A stretch of 20,855 nt of DNA from Candidatus Bathyarchaeia archaeon. GTDB lineage: Archaea > Thermoproteota > Bathyarchaeia > Bathyarchaeales > Bathycorpusculaceae. The stretch spans positions 1-20,855 of the forward strand of contig JBEKGO010000039.1 in NCBI GenBank assembly GCA_050012755.1, in the 5' to 3' direction. The notes below the pieces were generated by a model, which was given only the letters and a program-made list of their open reading frames with translations, made no database searches and was not told where the DNA came from. A program made the translations under genes and the position numbers. This document shows positions 8,158 to 16,519 of this stretch, in pieces. Each line of letters begins with the position of its first letter. The stretch's first letter is position 1.

Positions 8158-8971
8158 AATGATCATTTTAATCCCCAAAAGAAAATTTGAGGTACCTGTC
8201 CAGGCAGCATGTATCAGCCCCGATGTATTCAAAGGCAAAGACACAACTGAAATAGCAAACCTGCCCGTTACCGAAGGAAACCGCAACCTAAAACTCGGCG
8301 ACCTCTTCGAAATCCACGAAGACAATCTTGAAACACCTTACATCACAATAAACGGAGACGCAGGCAAAGTCAAACGAATCGGTCAAGGCATGAAAACAGG
8401 CGAAATCCTCATCAACGGTGACGCAGGCATGCATACGGGCGAAAAAATGGCTGACGGCAAAATCACAATAAATGGTAATATAGGAGGATGGTCAGGTAAC
8501 GACATGAAAGGCGGCTTAATTGAAGTCCATGGAGACGCAGGCGACTATTTAGCTACCCCATACCGTGGGACAAGCACAGGCATGAAAGGCGGCTTAATAA
8601 TTGTTGACGGCAAAGTCGGAAGTGACTCCGGATGCTACTTGCACGGTGGAATACTTAAAATCAAAGGCGGTGCAGGAAGATTCCTCGGTTACCACATGAG
8701 TGATGGTGCAATTCTTGTTGACAAAGAAGTTGACACTCGAACAGGCGCATGTATGACCGGCGGCAAAATCGTAATAACAGGCACAATCCCAGAAGTAATG
8801 CCCACGTTCACCATAGACAGCGTAAAACCCAAAGTCAAAGTCGACGACACCCAAACTGTCGCAGGACCATTCTATGTATTTCTAGGCGACCTCTCAGAGC
8901 ACGGCACAGGCAAACTCTTCGTCTCAAAAGTCAACAACCCGCAGCTTAAGTCATACGAAAAATACCTATAG
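8150..8971 (+). CDS. fwdC: Formylmethanofuran dehydrogenase subunit C
   Basis: Repeated GxxMxGGxIxxxG beta-helix units, YRG..GMKGG, FLGDL; GTG start overlaps the fwdA stop. Confidence 0.96.
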   Translation: MSEMIILIPKRKFEVPVQAACISPDVFKGKDTTEIANLPVTEGNRNLKLGDLFEIHEDNLETPYITINGDAGKVKRIGQGMKTGEILINGDAGMHTGEKMADGKITINGNIGGWSGNDMKGGLIEVHGDAGDYLATPYRGTSTGMKGGLIIVDGKVGSDSGCYLHGGILKIKGGAGRFLGYHMSDGAILVDKEVDTRTGACMTGGKIVITGTIPEVMPTFTIDSVKPKVKVDDTQTVAGPFYVFLGDLSEHGTGKLFVSKVNNPQLKSYEKYL

Positions 8972-8997
8972 TTTTTCTTTTTCTCTATTTTGTTTTT
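8972..8997 (+). terminator. Probable oligo-T archaeal terminator after fwdC
   Basis: tttttcttt ttctctattt tgttttt immediately after the stop codon. Confidence 0.55.
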
Positions 8998-9054
8998 GCC
9001 CTCTACTGACCCACCAGAAGACCAAAGCATATACAGTTTGCATATGTGCCATGC

Positions 9055-9074
9055 TCGTTTACTATGGTAAACGA
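9055..9074. promoter_or_regulatory. Perfect 8-bp inverted repeat upstream of fdhD (operator or hairpin)
   Basis: TCGTTTAC-TATG-GTAAACGA. Confidence 0.45.
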
Positions 9075-9188
9075 AACTTGCAGAATTATGATTGCTACAT
9101 TATTCGAAGTTTGCCGACAATTGTATGAACAGCCGAATACCTTATCAAGTTGGCTGAGTTCAAAAACAACCACATAAGAGGACAACGT

Positions 9189-9974
9189 ATGCGTCAGGTT
9201 GACATGGTAAGGCTTGACTTATCTACGGGAAAAGCGGAGAAAACTAAGGATTGTGTTGCTGAAGAGGTTCCTCTTCAAATTTCGCTCAATGATGTTTATA
9301 CATTTGTGATTTGGTGTTCTCCTTCACAGTTTAAGGAGCTTGCTGTTGGTTATTTGCTTGCGGAGGAAATTTTGAGGTCGGTTGACGAAATCGAATCCTT
9401 AAGCTCAGACGAACAAGAACACAAATGTCAACTTAAACTGAAGGCAAGCGTAGATTTGGATGATCGCATGAAGCATTCGCGCCGAAGCACCCGCATAATC
9501 CCCCTCATCAAAGCCAGTACCTCACCATACCAACATGACGAGCGCATACCCATCGTAAAATCCACTCTGAAAATTAGAGCCCAAATTATCCTAGACGCCG
9601 TGAACCAAATCAACAGCCTCGCTAAGGGTTTTAAGGAGACTGGGGGGCTACATGACTCCGCCATCGTTAAAGCCGACGGCACGATTGTGGCTTTTTCGGA
9701 GGATGTGGGCAGACACAACACGGTTGACAAGGTTATTGGGCAGGCGTCGCTGAAAAATGTGGATTTTAGCCAGTGTTTCATGATTATTACTGGGCGTGTG
9801 CCGGGAGACATGATTTACAAGGCGGCGAAAGTTGGTTTGCCCATCGTGGCTTCAGTGGCGGCTGTTTTGAATTCAGGCATTTCTTCGGCTGAAAAAGCCA
9901 ACATTGCGCTGGTGGGGTTTGTACGTGGAAAACGCATGAATGTTTACACGGGGCTTGAGCGGATCATCCTGTAG
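9189..9974 (+). CDS. fdhD: FdhD/NarQ-family Moco sulfurtransferase/chaperone lacking the loop Cys
   Basis: VAEEVPL, ELAVGYL, TGGLH, EDVGRHNTVDK, TGR and LVGFVR motifs. ATG 9189 with upstream GAGG is preferred over TTG 9150. Confidence 0.93.
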   Translation: MRQVDMVRLDLSTGKAEKTKDCVAEEVPLQISLNDVYTFVIWCSPSQFKELAVGYLLAEEILRSVDEIESLSSDEQEHKCQLKLKASVDLDDRMKHSRRSTRIIPLIKASTSPYQHDERIPIVKSTLKIRAQIILDAVNQINSLAKGFKETGGLHDSAIVKADGTIVAFSEDVGRHNTVDKVIGQASLKNVDFSQCFMIITGRVPGDMIYKAAKVGLPIVASVAAVLNSGISSAEKANIALVGFVRGKRMNVYTGLERIIL

Positions 9975-9983
9975 GTGCCCTGA

Positions 9984-11252
9984 ATGAATCGACCTGATAT
10001 TAGACGGCTGCCAAAACGCTCGGACCCCCTAAAAGCACAAGCCAAGCTTCTGGATGGTGTAAAGTCAAAGTCACTTTTAACCGAAAAAATCGGGTTAGCT
10101 CAAGCCGTAGGCAGAGTCCTAGCCAAAGATGCTTACTCAAACATCAATGTACCAGCTTATGATAAAACATTCATAGACGGATACGCAATCAACCCTAAAA
10201 CCACTGCTAGTGCATCAGCCTCAAAACCCGCCGCCTTCAAAGTTGTTGGTAAACTGTTTCCAGCCGACTACCCTACCAACGCCCAAGTGGCAAGCGGCGA
10301 AGCGATCTACGTTGCGTGTGGCGCACCAATCCCCAAAGGGGCTGCCTCAACCGTTAAAGTGGAGGAAACCCGATTAAGCGGCGACAAAATCGAAGTCGTC
10401 CGTGAAATCAAACAGGGCGAGGGCATCATCCCGCTTGGAGACGACGTAAAACAGGACACACTGATGCTCAAGCGTGGGCAGGTTCTGCGACCTCAAGACA
10501 TCGGCCTACTCGCATCCATCAACATGAGAGAAGTAGAAGTTTTCAAAAAGCCAACCCTCGCCATCTTATCGGGTGGAGACGAACTCATCAAGCAATGCAG
10601 AAAAGACTCAACAAAAATCGCTAACAACTACGCTTTAGTCGTTGCGGGGTTAGCGTCTGAATTAGGAGCAGCAGCCGTGCTGAAGGGGATAATGCCTGAT
10701 GCATTGGACCACGTGAAAGAGAAAATCGGAGAAGCCTTAGCCGAGGCGGATATTGTAGTTACCATCGGGGGCACTTCGGTGGGTATAAAGGATTTTATTC
10801 CAGACGCCATAAACCAGCTTGGGGAACCGGGAGTTGTTGTGCAGGGCATTTCGCTTCGACCTGGGGCTGTTTCAGGCTTCGGCATCGTAAACAGCAAACC
10901 CATTGTGATGTTGCCTGGGCACATTGGCTCATGTATTGCAGGCTTGTACTTTTTTGCAGCTCCCCTGATCCGTTTATACTGCGGTTTAGATGGCGACGGC
11001 TTGCAACCCCGTCTAACTGCAGAGCTCTCAGAAGCCGTGGATTCTGGTCCGCAATTCAGGTTTCTGCTCCTTCACCTAAGACGTGCTGAAGGCAAACTTT
11101 TTGCTGAGCAGGTGGAAGGCGGCTCAAGCGCCCTAACAACCATAGTCAAATCAAACGGGTATGCAATCATCCCACCGCACAGAAACTTGGCAAAAGGCAC
11201 CAATGTGGCAGTTTATTTATTCGGAAACTTGGAACTGGCGCAAATTGCCTAA
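9984..11252 (+). CDS. moeA: Molybdopterin molybdotransferase MoeA (divergent)
   Basis: GRVLA, DGYA, GAPIP, GDEL, GGTSVG.KD, LPG and NGY motifs. Confidence 0.92.
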   Translation: MNRPDIRRLPKRSDPLKAQAKLLDGVKSKSLLTEKIGLAQAVGRVLAKDAYSNINVPAYDKTFIDGYAINPKTTASASASKPAAFKVVGKLFPADYPTNAQVASGEAIYVACGAPIPKGAASTVKVEETRLSGDKIEVVREIKQGEGIIPLGDDVKQDTLMLKRGQVLRPQDIGLLASINMREVEVFKKPTLAILSGGDELIKQCRKDSTKIANNYALVVAGLASELGAAAVLKGIMPDALDHVKEKIGEALAEADIVVTIGGTSVGIKDFIPDAINQLGEPGVVVQGISLRPGAVSGFGIVNSKPIVMLPGHIGSCIAGLYFFAAPLIRLYCGLDGDGLQPRLTAELSEAVDSGPQFRFLLLHLRRAEGKLFAEQVEGGSSALTTIVKSNGYAIIPPHRNLAKGTNVAVYLFGNLELAQIA

Positions 11253-12343
11253 GCTTGCGGCGCTTTCGATGGGTACCTGTGGGCATGGCTGTGTTTTCCC
11301 ATGACCCATGATTCACACCATGCCTTGTCAGCCAGTGCCCGTTCTGCCAGTAGCCAACAGCGGTTCTCCTCGTAAATTTCAGCCTCAACTCGATAGCTGT
11401 TTGCGGCTTTTAGAAAAGAATCCTTGCCTTCAAAATCCCGCTCAACAACCGCTTTAGGGTCAAGCTCCTGCTGACTTAACTTCAATAGTGTTTCGCCTTG
11501 GTTTTCCCAGCTTAATGCTGCCCAAAAAAACGCGTTCGAAAATTCAAAATTACAGGCACAATCAGCAAAAGTACTCTGTGCTTCCGAAATTCTGTCTTCT
11601 TGTAGCATTTTTGCGCCTGCTCGAAGACGCTGTAAATCAGAAACCGAGAAAATACCCAAGTTTACACTGAGGTTTTCCGTAACTGCCCTTTCAAATCGCC
11701 GCAATTGCAGCCGATTGAGGTCCTCTCTAAAATTTATGTTTATGAAACTTTTAAGTTCAGGGTCAAGCGTTTTGATGTGGTTAATCGGGGAAATAAAAAG
11801 GTTTTTTGATGCGCCTCTGGGGATGTCATCTGAGCGTGGCCGCTTCAACTTGCAAAGGGTCTCTGCGATCTCTAAGCCGCTTTCCCTTTTGAGAACCATT
11901 AGGAGGGTTTCTAATCTGCCGTTTGGCCACATTGGAACCGCAACATCAACATCCCCAGCCTCCCTGAACAGGTATTCAGCAACACTTGGCTTTAGAAAAG
12001 GCATGTCACAGGGCAATGTAAGGCAAAAGTCTGCTTTTGACGCCTTCAGCCCAGACATGATTGCCACGTTAGGACCACTTATGCCGCTGATTTCTTCGTC
12101 AACTACTATTTTGATGTTTGACAGGGCATGCTCTTTCAAAGTTCGGGCGTATTTTTCCTTCCTTTCCTCGTTATTTACTGATACTGCAATTTCGTCCACA
12201 ACGCCCTGGACGGTTTCGATAGCGCTTATCAACAGAGGTTTTCCTGAAAGCTCAGCGAGTGCCTTATCCTGCCAAACTTTATCTGTTGTCTGGAATCTGC
12301 GGGCTCTTCCTCCAGCCAAAATCAATGCAGCCCGTTTAGTCAT
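11249..12343 (-). CDS. mobA: Molybdenum cofactor guanylyltransferase MobA with ~155-aa C-terminal helical extension
   Basis: ILAGGRARRF, DKAL, GP, PCDMP, NIN..EDL; adjacent to mobB. Confidence 0.88.
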   Translation of the reverse strand: MTKRAALILAGGRARRFQTTDKVWQDKALAELSGKPLLISAIETVQGVVDEIAVSVNNEERKEKYARTLKEHALSNIKIVVDEEISGISGPNVAIMSGLKASKADFCLTLPCDMPFLKPSVAEYLFREAGDVDVAVPMWPNGRLETLLMVLKRESGLEIAETLCKLKRPRSDDIPRGASKNLFISPINHIKTLDPELKSFININFREDLNRLQLRRFERAVTENLSVNLGIFSVSDLQRLRAGAKMLQEDRISEAQSTFADCACNFEFSNAFFWAALSWENQGETLLKLSQQELDPKAVVERDFEGKDSFLKAANSYRVEAEIYEENRCWLLAERALADKAWCESWVMGKHSHAHRYPSKAPQA

Positions 12344-12356
12344 CGCTGTTTCCTCA

Positions 12357-12908
12357 TTAAGCTGTTTTGTTTTGTGTTAACTGTTTTTTGACGAGTTCCA
12401 AAAGTTTTTGCCCATCCTCAGGCACCTTAATGATTGGTATGTTGTTGTAGTCTGTGCTGTTTGAGTTTTCGGCTACGATTCCTGCAATCGCCAAAATCGG
12501 CTGGACCGTACCTTTCAAAGTCTGTTTGAGACCATTTTCACTTACTGCTGTAATAATTTTCGGAACATCGGTTCTTTTAGCGATTAGACTGTGGAAGCCT
12601 TCAATGAAAACAATGTCCAAATCCTCGTCCTTAAGCAGAGCAGTTATCTGGTCTACGTTGTTTAGCGTCATCTCAGTTTTTCTAATTATATCAATTTCTT
12701 CTGGCGAAATGGCCACAATTACTTTTGCGCCTGCTTTAGCGTATCTCCAGGTGTTTGTGCCTTCCTTATCCATCGTGAAACCTTTGTGGTGGACATGTTT
12801 TATTGAGCCGATTTTGTAACCTTGGGCTGAAAGCTGAGAAACTAAATATTCTAAGGTAACTGTTTTTCCTGAACCGCTAACACCTACGGCGGCAACAACT
12901 AAAACCAT
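12357..12908 (-). CDS. mobB: Molybdopterin-guanine dinucleotide biosynthesis protein MobB
   Basis: Walker A GVSGSGKT, IKHVHH, D..G.NT, AGA, IEGF. Confidence 0.93.
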   Translation of the reverse strand: MVLVVAAVGVSGSGKTVTLEYLVSQLSAQGYKIGSIKHVHHKGFTMDKEGTNTWRYAKAGAKVIVAISPEEIDIIRKTEMTLNNVDQITALLKDEDLDIVFIEGFHSLIAKRTDVPKIITAVSENGLKQTLKGTVQPILAIAGIVAENSNSTDYNNIPIIKVPEDGQKLLELVKKQLTQNKTA

Positions 12909-12989
12909 ATGAGTTCACACTCCGCTTTGACATCAATTGTTTGGCTTTTATAAATTACTCCCGAAATTTCACTCAAAAACATCATTTTG

Positions 12990-14099
12990 TTAATCGCCAC
13001 CCTCAGCAAAAACATTCAATGCATCAGCATTAAAACACGCATATACTTTATCACCGACGTTGACGCCTAACTCTCGAATTAGGCTTAAAGCAAGCCTTGC
13101 CTTCAACAAAAACCCAACATCCACGGTAACCTGCGCGGTTGACCTCATCTGAACCATCTCAGTTAGGGTCCCTTCAATATAATTGCCTACCCCACCAATG
13201 AAACTCGTTTTGGGCGATTTACTAGTTGAAAGCATAATGTCTTCGGGCTTAATCGTTATTGTAACGGCTTTCCCAGCAAGATTAAGAGTTGAGCAAGCAA
13301 GTAATCTTACGCCATTTACCTCCACTTCTAAAACTCCTGAACTGGCCTTAACAGCTGTGCCCTTGAACGCGTTAACCCCCAAGAACTGTGCCACATGCTT
13401 CGAACTGGGCTTATCAAAAATCTCGGTTCTGTTGCCAATTTGTTCTATGTGTCCATTACCCATCACAGCGATTCTATCCGACATTATGAACGCTTCGCTC
13501 AGATTATGAGTAACATACAACACCGTAATTTTAAGCGTCTGCAAATAATTCTTTAGTTCTAGCCGAAAAGATTCCCGAAGCTGGGGGTCAACAGCAGAAA
13601 CAGGTTCATCTAAAAGCAGTACTTGCGGTTCAGTGGCTAAAGACCTAGCTAGTGCTGTGCGTTGCTTTTGCCCGCCGCTAAGCTGGCTTGGATAAAACCT
13701 TGCGAATTCCCGAAGCCCCACAAAGTCAAGCAGCTCGGTGGTTCTTTTCTTAACTTCTTGTTTAGATAAACGCTGAGCCTTAAGTCCATATGCAATATTG
13801 TCTTCGATTCGCATGTGAGGAAAAAGGGAAACTGTTTGGAAGACATAACCGACTTTTCGTTCTGAAGGTTTAAAATGAACTTTTTTTGTGCCTGTTTTTC
13901 CGCTGACTAGAACATCGTCAATGTAGATGTTGCCATTGTCCTGTTGTGTTAAGCCTGAAAGTATGTTTAGCAGAGTTGTTTTTCCACAGCCGTTTGGACC
14001 AAGCAATGATAGGATTTCTTGGTTTTTGACCTCAAGACTAAGGTTTTGTATCACCTTTTTTTCTGCAAAGGACTTGGTGACTTCATTAATCTTAATCAT
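12990..14099 (-). CDS. modC: Molybdate/tungstate ABC transporter ATPase with C-terminal TOBE domain
   Basis: GPNGCGKT, LSGGQ, LLLDEP, H-loop VTH, TOBE-like C-terminus; operon with modAB. Confidence 0.9.
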   Translation of the reverse strand: MIKINEVTKSFAEKKVIQNLSLEVKNQEILSLLGPNGCGKTTLLNILSGLTQQDNGNIYIDDVLVSGKTGTKKVHFKPSERKVGYVFQTVSLFPHMRIEDNIAYGLKAQRLSKQEVKKRTTELLDFVGLREFARFYPSQLSGGQKQRTALARSLATEPQVLLLDEPVSAVDPQLRESFRLELKNYLQTLKITVLYVTHNLSEAFIMSDRIAVMGNGHIEQIGNRTEIFDKPSSKHVAQFLGVNAFKGTAVKASSGVLEVEVNGVRLLACSTLNLAGKAVTITIKPEDIMLSTSKSPKTSFIGGVGNYIEGTLTEMVQMRSTAQVTVDVGFLLKARLALSLIRELGVNVGDKVYACFNADALNVFAEGGD

Positions 14100-14914
14100 T
14101 TTTTGGCTCCGTACCTTTTTTGCTCAATAAGTTTCACGATGATAAGGACAGAAAATGCAATAACTATTAAGATAATAGATAACATTACCCCGGCTAATGG
14201 ATCTGAATACAGCAACAAGTATATTGCCAGAGGCATTGTCTGTGTTATGCCCGCCAAACTTCCAGCGAACATTAAAGTTGCGCCAAATTCTCCTAAAGCT
14301 CTTGCCCAAGTCATCATTGCACCGGAGATTATTGCGCGGACCGATAAAGGCAAAGTTACTGTAACAAATACCCTGAGACGTGAACCAGTTAACATTTTGG
14401 CGCTGTTAATAACATCCCTATCCATATTTTCAAACCCGGTTTTCGCGGACCGCAGAAGGAACGGAGACGCCACGAAAGTTTCTGCAATTATAACTGCGAT
14501 TGTACTGCCTGGAATAATTAATCCTAACCTGTTCAATATTGGGCCTAACAGCCCTTTTGGTGCGAAAGCGTAAAGCAATGCTACACCCGCTACAGCAGGC
14601 GGTAACACTATAGGGAGATCTATCAGGGTATCTATGATTGTTTTTCCATGGAAATTTCTAGTTGCCATGAAATAAGCTGTTGGCACCGCTAAGACCAACG
14701 CAATCAACGTTGCTACGCCAGATGTAAATAAACTAAGTTTTATTGCTTCCAATATTACAGTGTTATGCAGTTGGGCGTTAACTTGACTCGGTTCAATTCT
14801 CAAGAAAACTGCCACGATTGGCAAGAGCACAAACAGAAAATATGTCAACACTATTATGGCGAGAATTACAATTACAATTTTGTTCGACAACGAATTAGCG
14901 AAAGTCCGCTTCAA
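14096..14914 (-). CDS. modB: Molybdate ABC transporter permease
   Basis: DLPIVLPPAVAG.ALL, FVASPF, WARALGEFGAT.MFAG, TMPLAIY. Confidence 0.94.
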   Translation of the reverse strand: MKRTFANSLSNKIVIVILAIIVLTYFLFVLLPIVAVFLRIEPSQVNAQLHNTVILEAIKLSLFTSGVATLIALVLAVPTAYFMATRNFHGKTIIDTLIDLPIVLPPAVAGVALLYAFAPKGLLGPILNRLGLIIPGSTIAVIIAETFVASPFLLRSAKTGFENMDRDVINSAKMLTGSRLRVFVTVTLPLSVRAIISGAMMTWARALGEFGATLMFAGSLAGITQTMPLAIYLLLYSDPLAGVMLSIILIVIAFSVLIIVKLIEQKRYGAKK

Positions 14915-14971
14915 TATTTTTGCACCGATTAATTGATGAAAAAAGGGTGAGGAAGTGCTTAATATGCAGTT

Positions 14972-15991
14972 TTACGCTGCGCCGAACCCGAATTCAGCAA
15001 GTAGCTTTTGTCCGTTTTGTGTCGACCAGTAATCCATAAATTTCTGCGCTAATGCTGCTTGAGTTGTTTCATTTGGGACGACAATGCCATAATTGCCCAC
15101 TGTGTTTACCGCGGAGGGTATTGCAATGAATTGTACTTGAGATCCTGTCATGTTGGCATAGGCCCAATCAGAGTAAAATACTATGCCAGCGTCTGCTGTG
15201 CCCATGTTGAGGGAAACGGCTCCAACTACTTGTTCATCGGTTCCTAGCTTGTTGACGACGTTAGCTTGGAAATTCGTATAATAGTTCACGTATGCGCCGC
15301 TGCTATCGTATTGTGGGCTGCTTGAGTTACCCCATGTTGAAGTAATTTTTGTTAAGGTTTGGTTTGTGTATGAGCCAACGGGTACTGAAGGGTCTGCTAT
15401 TACTATTTTTACTCCTGGCTTAGTCAAGTCAGCCAGAGTTTGAATGTTTTTCGGGTTTCCCTGTGCCACAATTACGCAGAGGCTATTGTTAGTGAACTTG
15501 ACGGCGTTGTTTAATGTTAGTCCTGTGCTGTTTAGTTGGTTAGTCCATTTGGTGTCCGCGGACATGAAAACGTCGCATGGTGAGCCTGAGGTGATTTGTG
15601 TGTATAGAGCGCTTGATGAACCTGGATTGACGATTATGTTGCAGTTGTTTGCGGTGTCGAATGCTTGGGTCATGTTGGCGACGATATTAGTTAGGCTCGA
15701 TGCTATGAAGACTCGCAGATCCACAGGTTGTGGGGTTGGGGTTGGTGAGGGTGATAGCGAAGGTGTCGGTGATGCTGATTGCGTAGGCGTGGGAGAGGCT
15801 GTGGACATTGGAGTTGCTGATGGCGTTGGAGTTATAGTTGGTGTGGGCGAGGCGGTCGTTGTTGGAGTTGGGGTTGGAGTTGGCGAGGGATTGCTGTTTG
15901 ATGAGAATGCTCCACTATATGCTAAGTAACCTAATGCTGAAGCAAATATTATTATGACAACCAATATTACGGCTAAGTATTTGTTGTTCAT
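14972..15991 (-). CDS. modA: Molybdate ABC transporter substrate-binding protein (ModA type), membrane-anchored through a Pro/Thr linker
   Basis: ASSL, GSS..L..QI, DVFMSA, NSL, VPVG.Y and DAGIVFYSD motifs; N-terminal hydrophobic helix. Confidence 0.92.
   Translation of the reverse strand: MNNKYLAVILVVIIIFASALGYLAYSGAFSSNSNPSPTPTPTPTTTASPTPTITPTPSATPMSTASPTPTQSASPTPSLSPSPTPTPQPVDLRVFIASSLTNIVANMTQAFDTANNCNIIVNPGSSSALYTQITSGSPCDVFMSADTKWTNQLNSTGLTLNNAVKFTNNSLCVIVAQGNPKNIQTLADLTKPGVKIVIADPSVPVGSYTNQTLTKITSTWGNSSSPQYDSSGAYVNYYTNFQANVVNKLGTDEQVVGAVSLNMGTADAGIVFYSDWAYANMTGSQVQFIAIPSAVNTVGNYGIVVPNETTQAALAQKFMDYWSTQNGQKLLAEFGFGAA
15725..15892 (-). repeat. Low-complexity Pro/Thr/Ser linker (PTPT..) in ModA
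   Basis: [28 protein letters not shown]...SPTPTPQP. Confidence 0.9.
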
Positions 15992-16001
15992 ACCTACTCA
16001 A

Positions 16002-16029
16002 CGCGATGTTATCATTTAGTCATATCGAT
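16002..16029 (-). promoter_or_regulatory. Candidate ModE box between the modA TATA box and start codon
   Basis: Minus strand ATCGATATGAC-TAAATG-ATAACATCGCG matches the length and CG...CG spacing of the ModE consensus ATCGnTATATA-N6-TATATAnCGAT; TATA (TTTATATG) at 16040-16047. Confidence 0.55.
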
Positions 16030-16132
16030 AAAATGTCAACATATAAACATTTCTCACAGAAAAATTGACAACAAAAGAATTAAAAACACAACAAGAAACA
16101 AGATATCTGCTGGCCCAAAATAATGATTAAGC

Positions 16133-16462
16133 TTAAGGCATTTTTGCCAATACGACTTTTAACTCAGCTTGAGCATTCCGATAACGTGTAACCAAATTTT
16201 TTCCAAAATCTGTAACCTCAGAAGACCCCCCTCCTTTGGCGCCCCCACGAACTCGCGTAACCAGTAGTTGACCTAACCTGGTCTCTGCCAAAGTAATCCT
16301 GTGCAAGGCATAACGGTAGGACATTTCAAGATTCTTTGCTGCCTCCAGCATAGAGTGACATTTATCGATTTCCTCTAAAAGTTCAGCTAAACCATCGCCG
16401 AAGACGGCTTCTTTTTTCTCATTAATCATCCAAAGCTTAATTGCGTAAGTTAGAGCGCACAC
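16133..16462 (-). CDS. modE: ModE-family winged-helix regulator (N-terminal domain only)
   Basis: VFGDG..ELLE.I....S...AAK.L.MSYR.A...I...E..LG..LV...RGG..GG.S.VT..G pattern; directly upstream of modABC. Confidence 0.88.
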   Translation of the reverse strand: MCALTYAIKLWMINEKKEAVFGDGLAELLEEIDKCHSMLEAAKNLEMSYRYALHRITLAETRLGQLLVTRVRGGAKGGGSSEVTDFGKNLVTRYRNAQAELKVVLAKMP

Positions 16463-16519
16463 TCGGTAGCCACCCTCTTTTACTTAGGCTCAAGAAGAAT
16501 TAAGGTTAGCGCTAAAGAC

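Noticed and set aside
11249-11252. Overlapping convergent stop codons of moeA and mobA
   Set aside because: Common in compact archaeal genomes.
11715-12380. 221-aa + strand ORF (likewise 4668-5030, 7750-8112, 9428-9811, 12454-12819, 14019-14573, 16937-17269)
   Set aside because: Antisense shadows of well-supported genes; no motifs.
15444-15929. Gly/Val-repeat ORF
   Set aside because: Reverse-strand reading of the ModA Pro/Thr linker.
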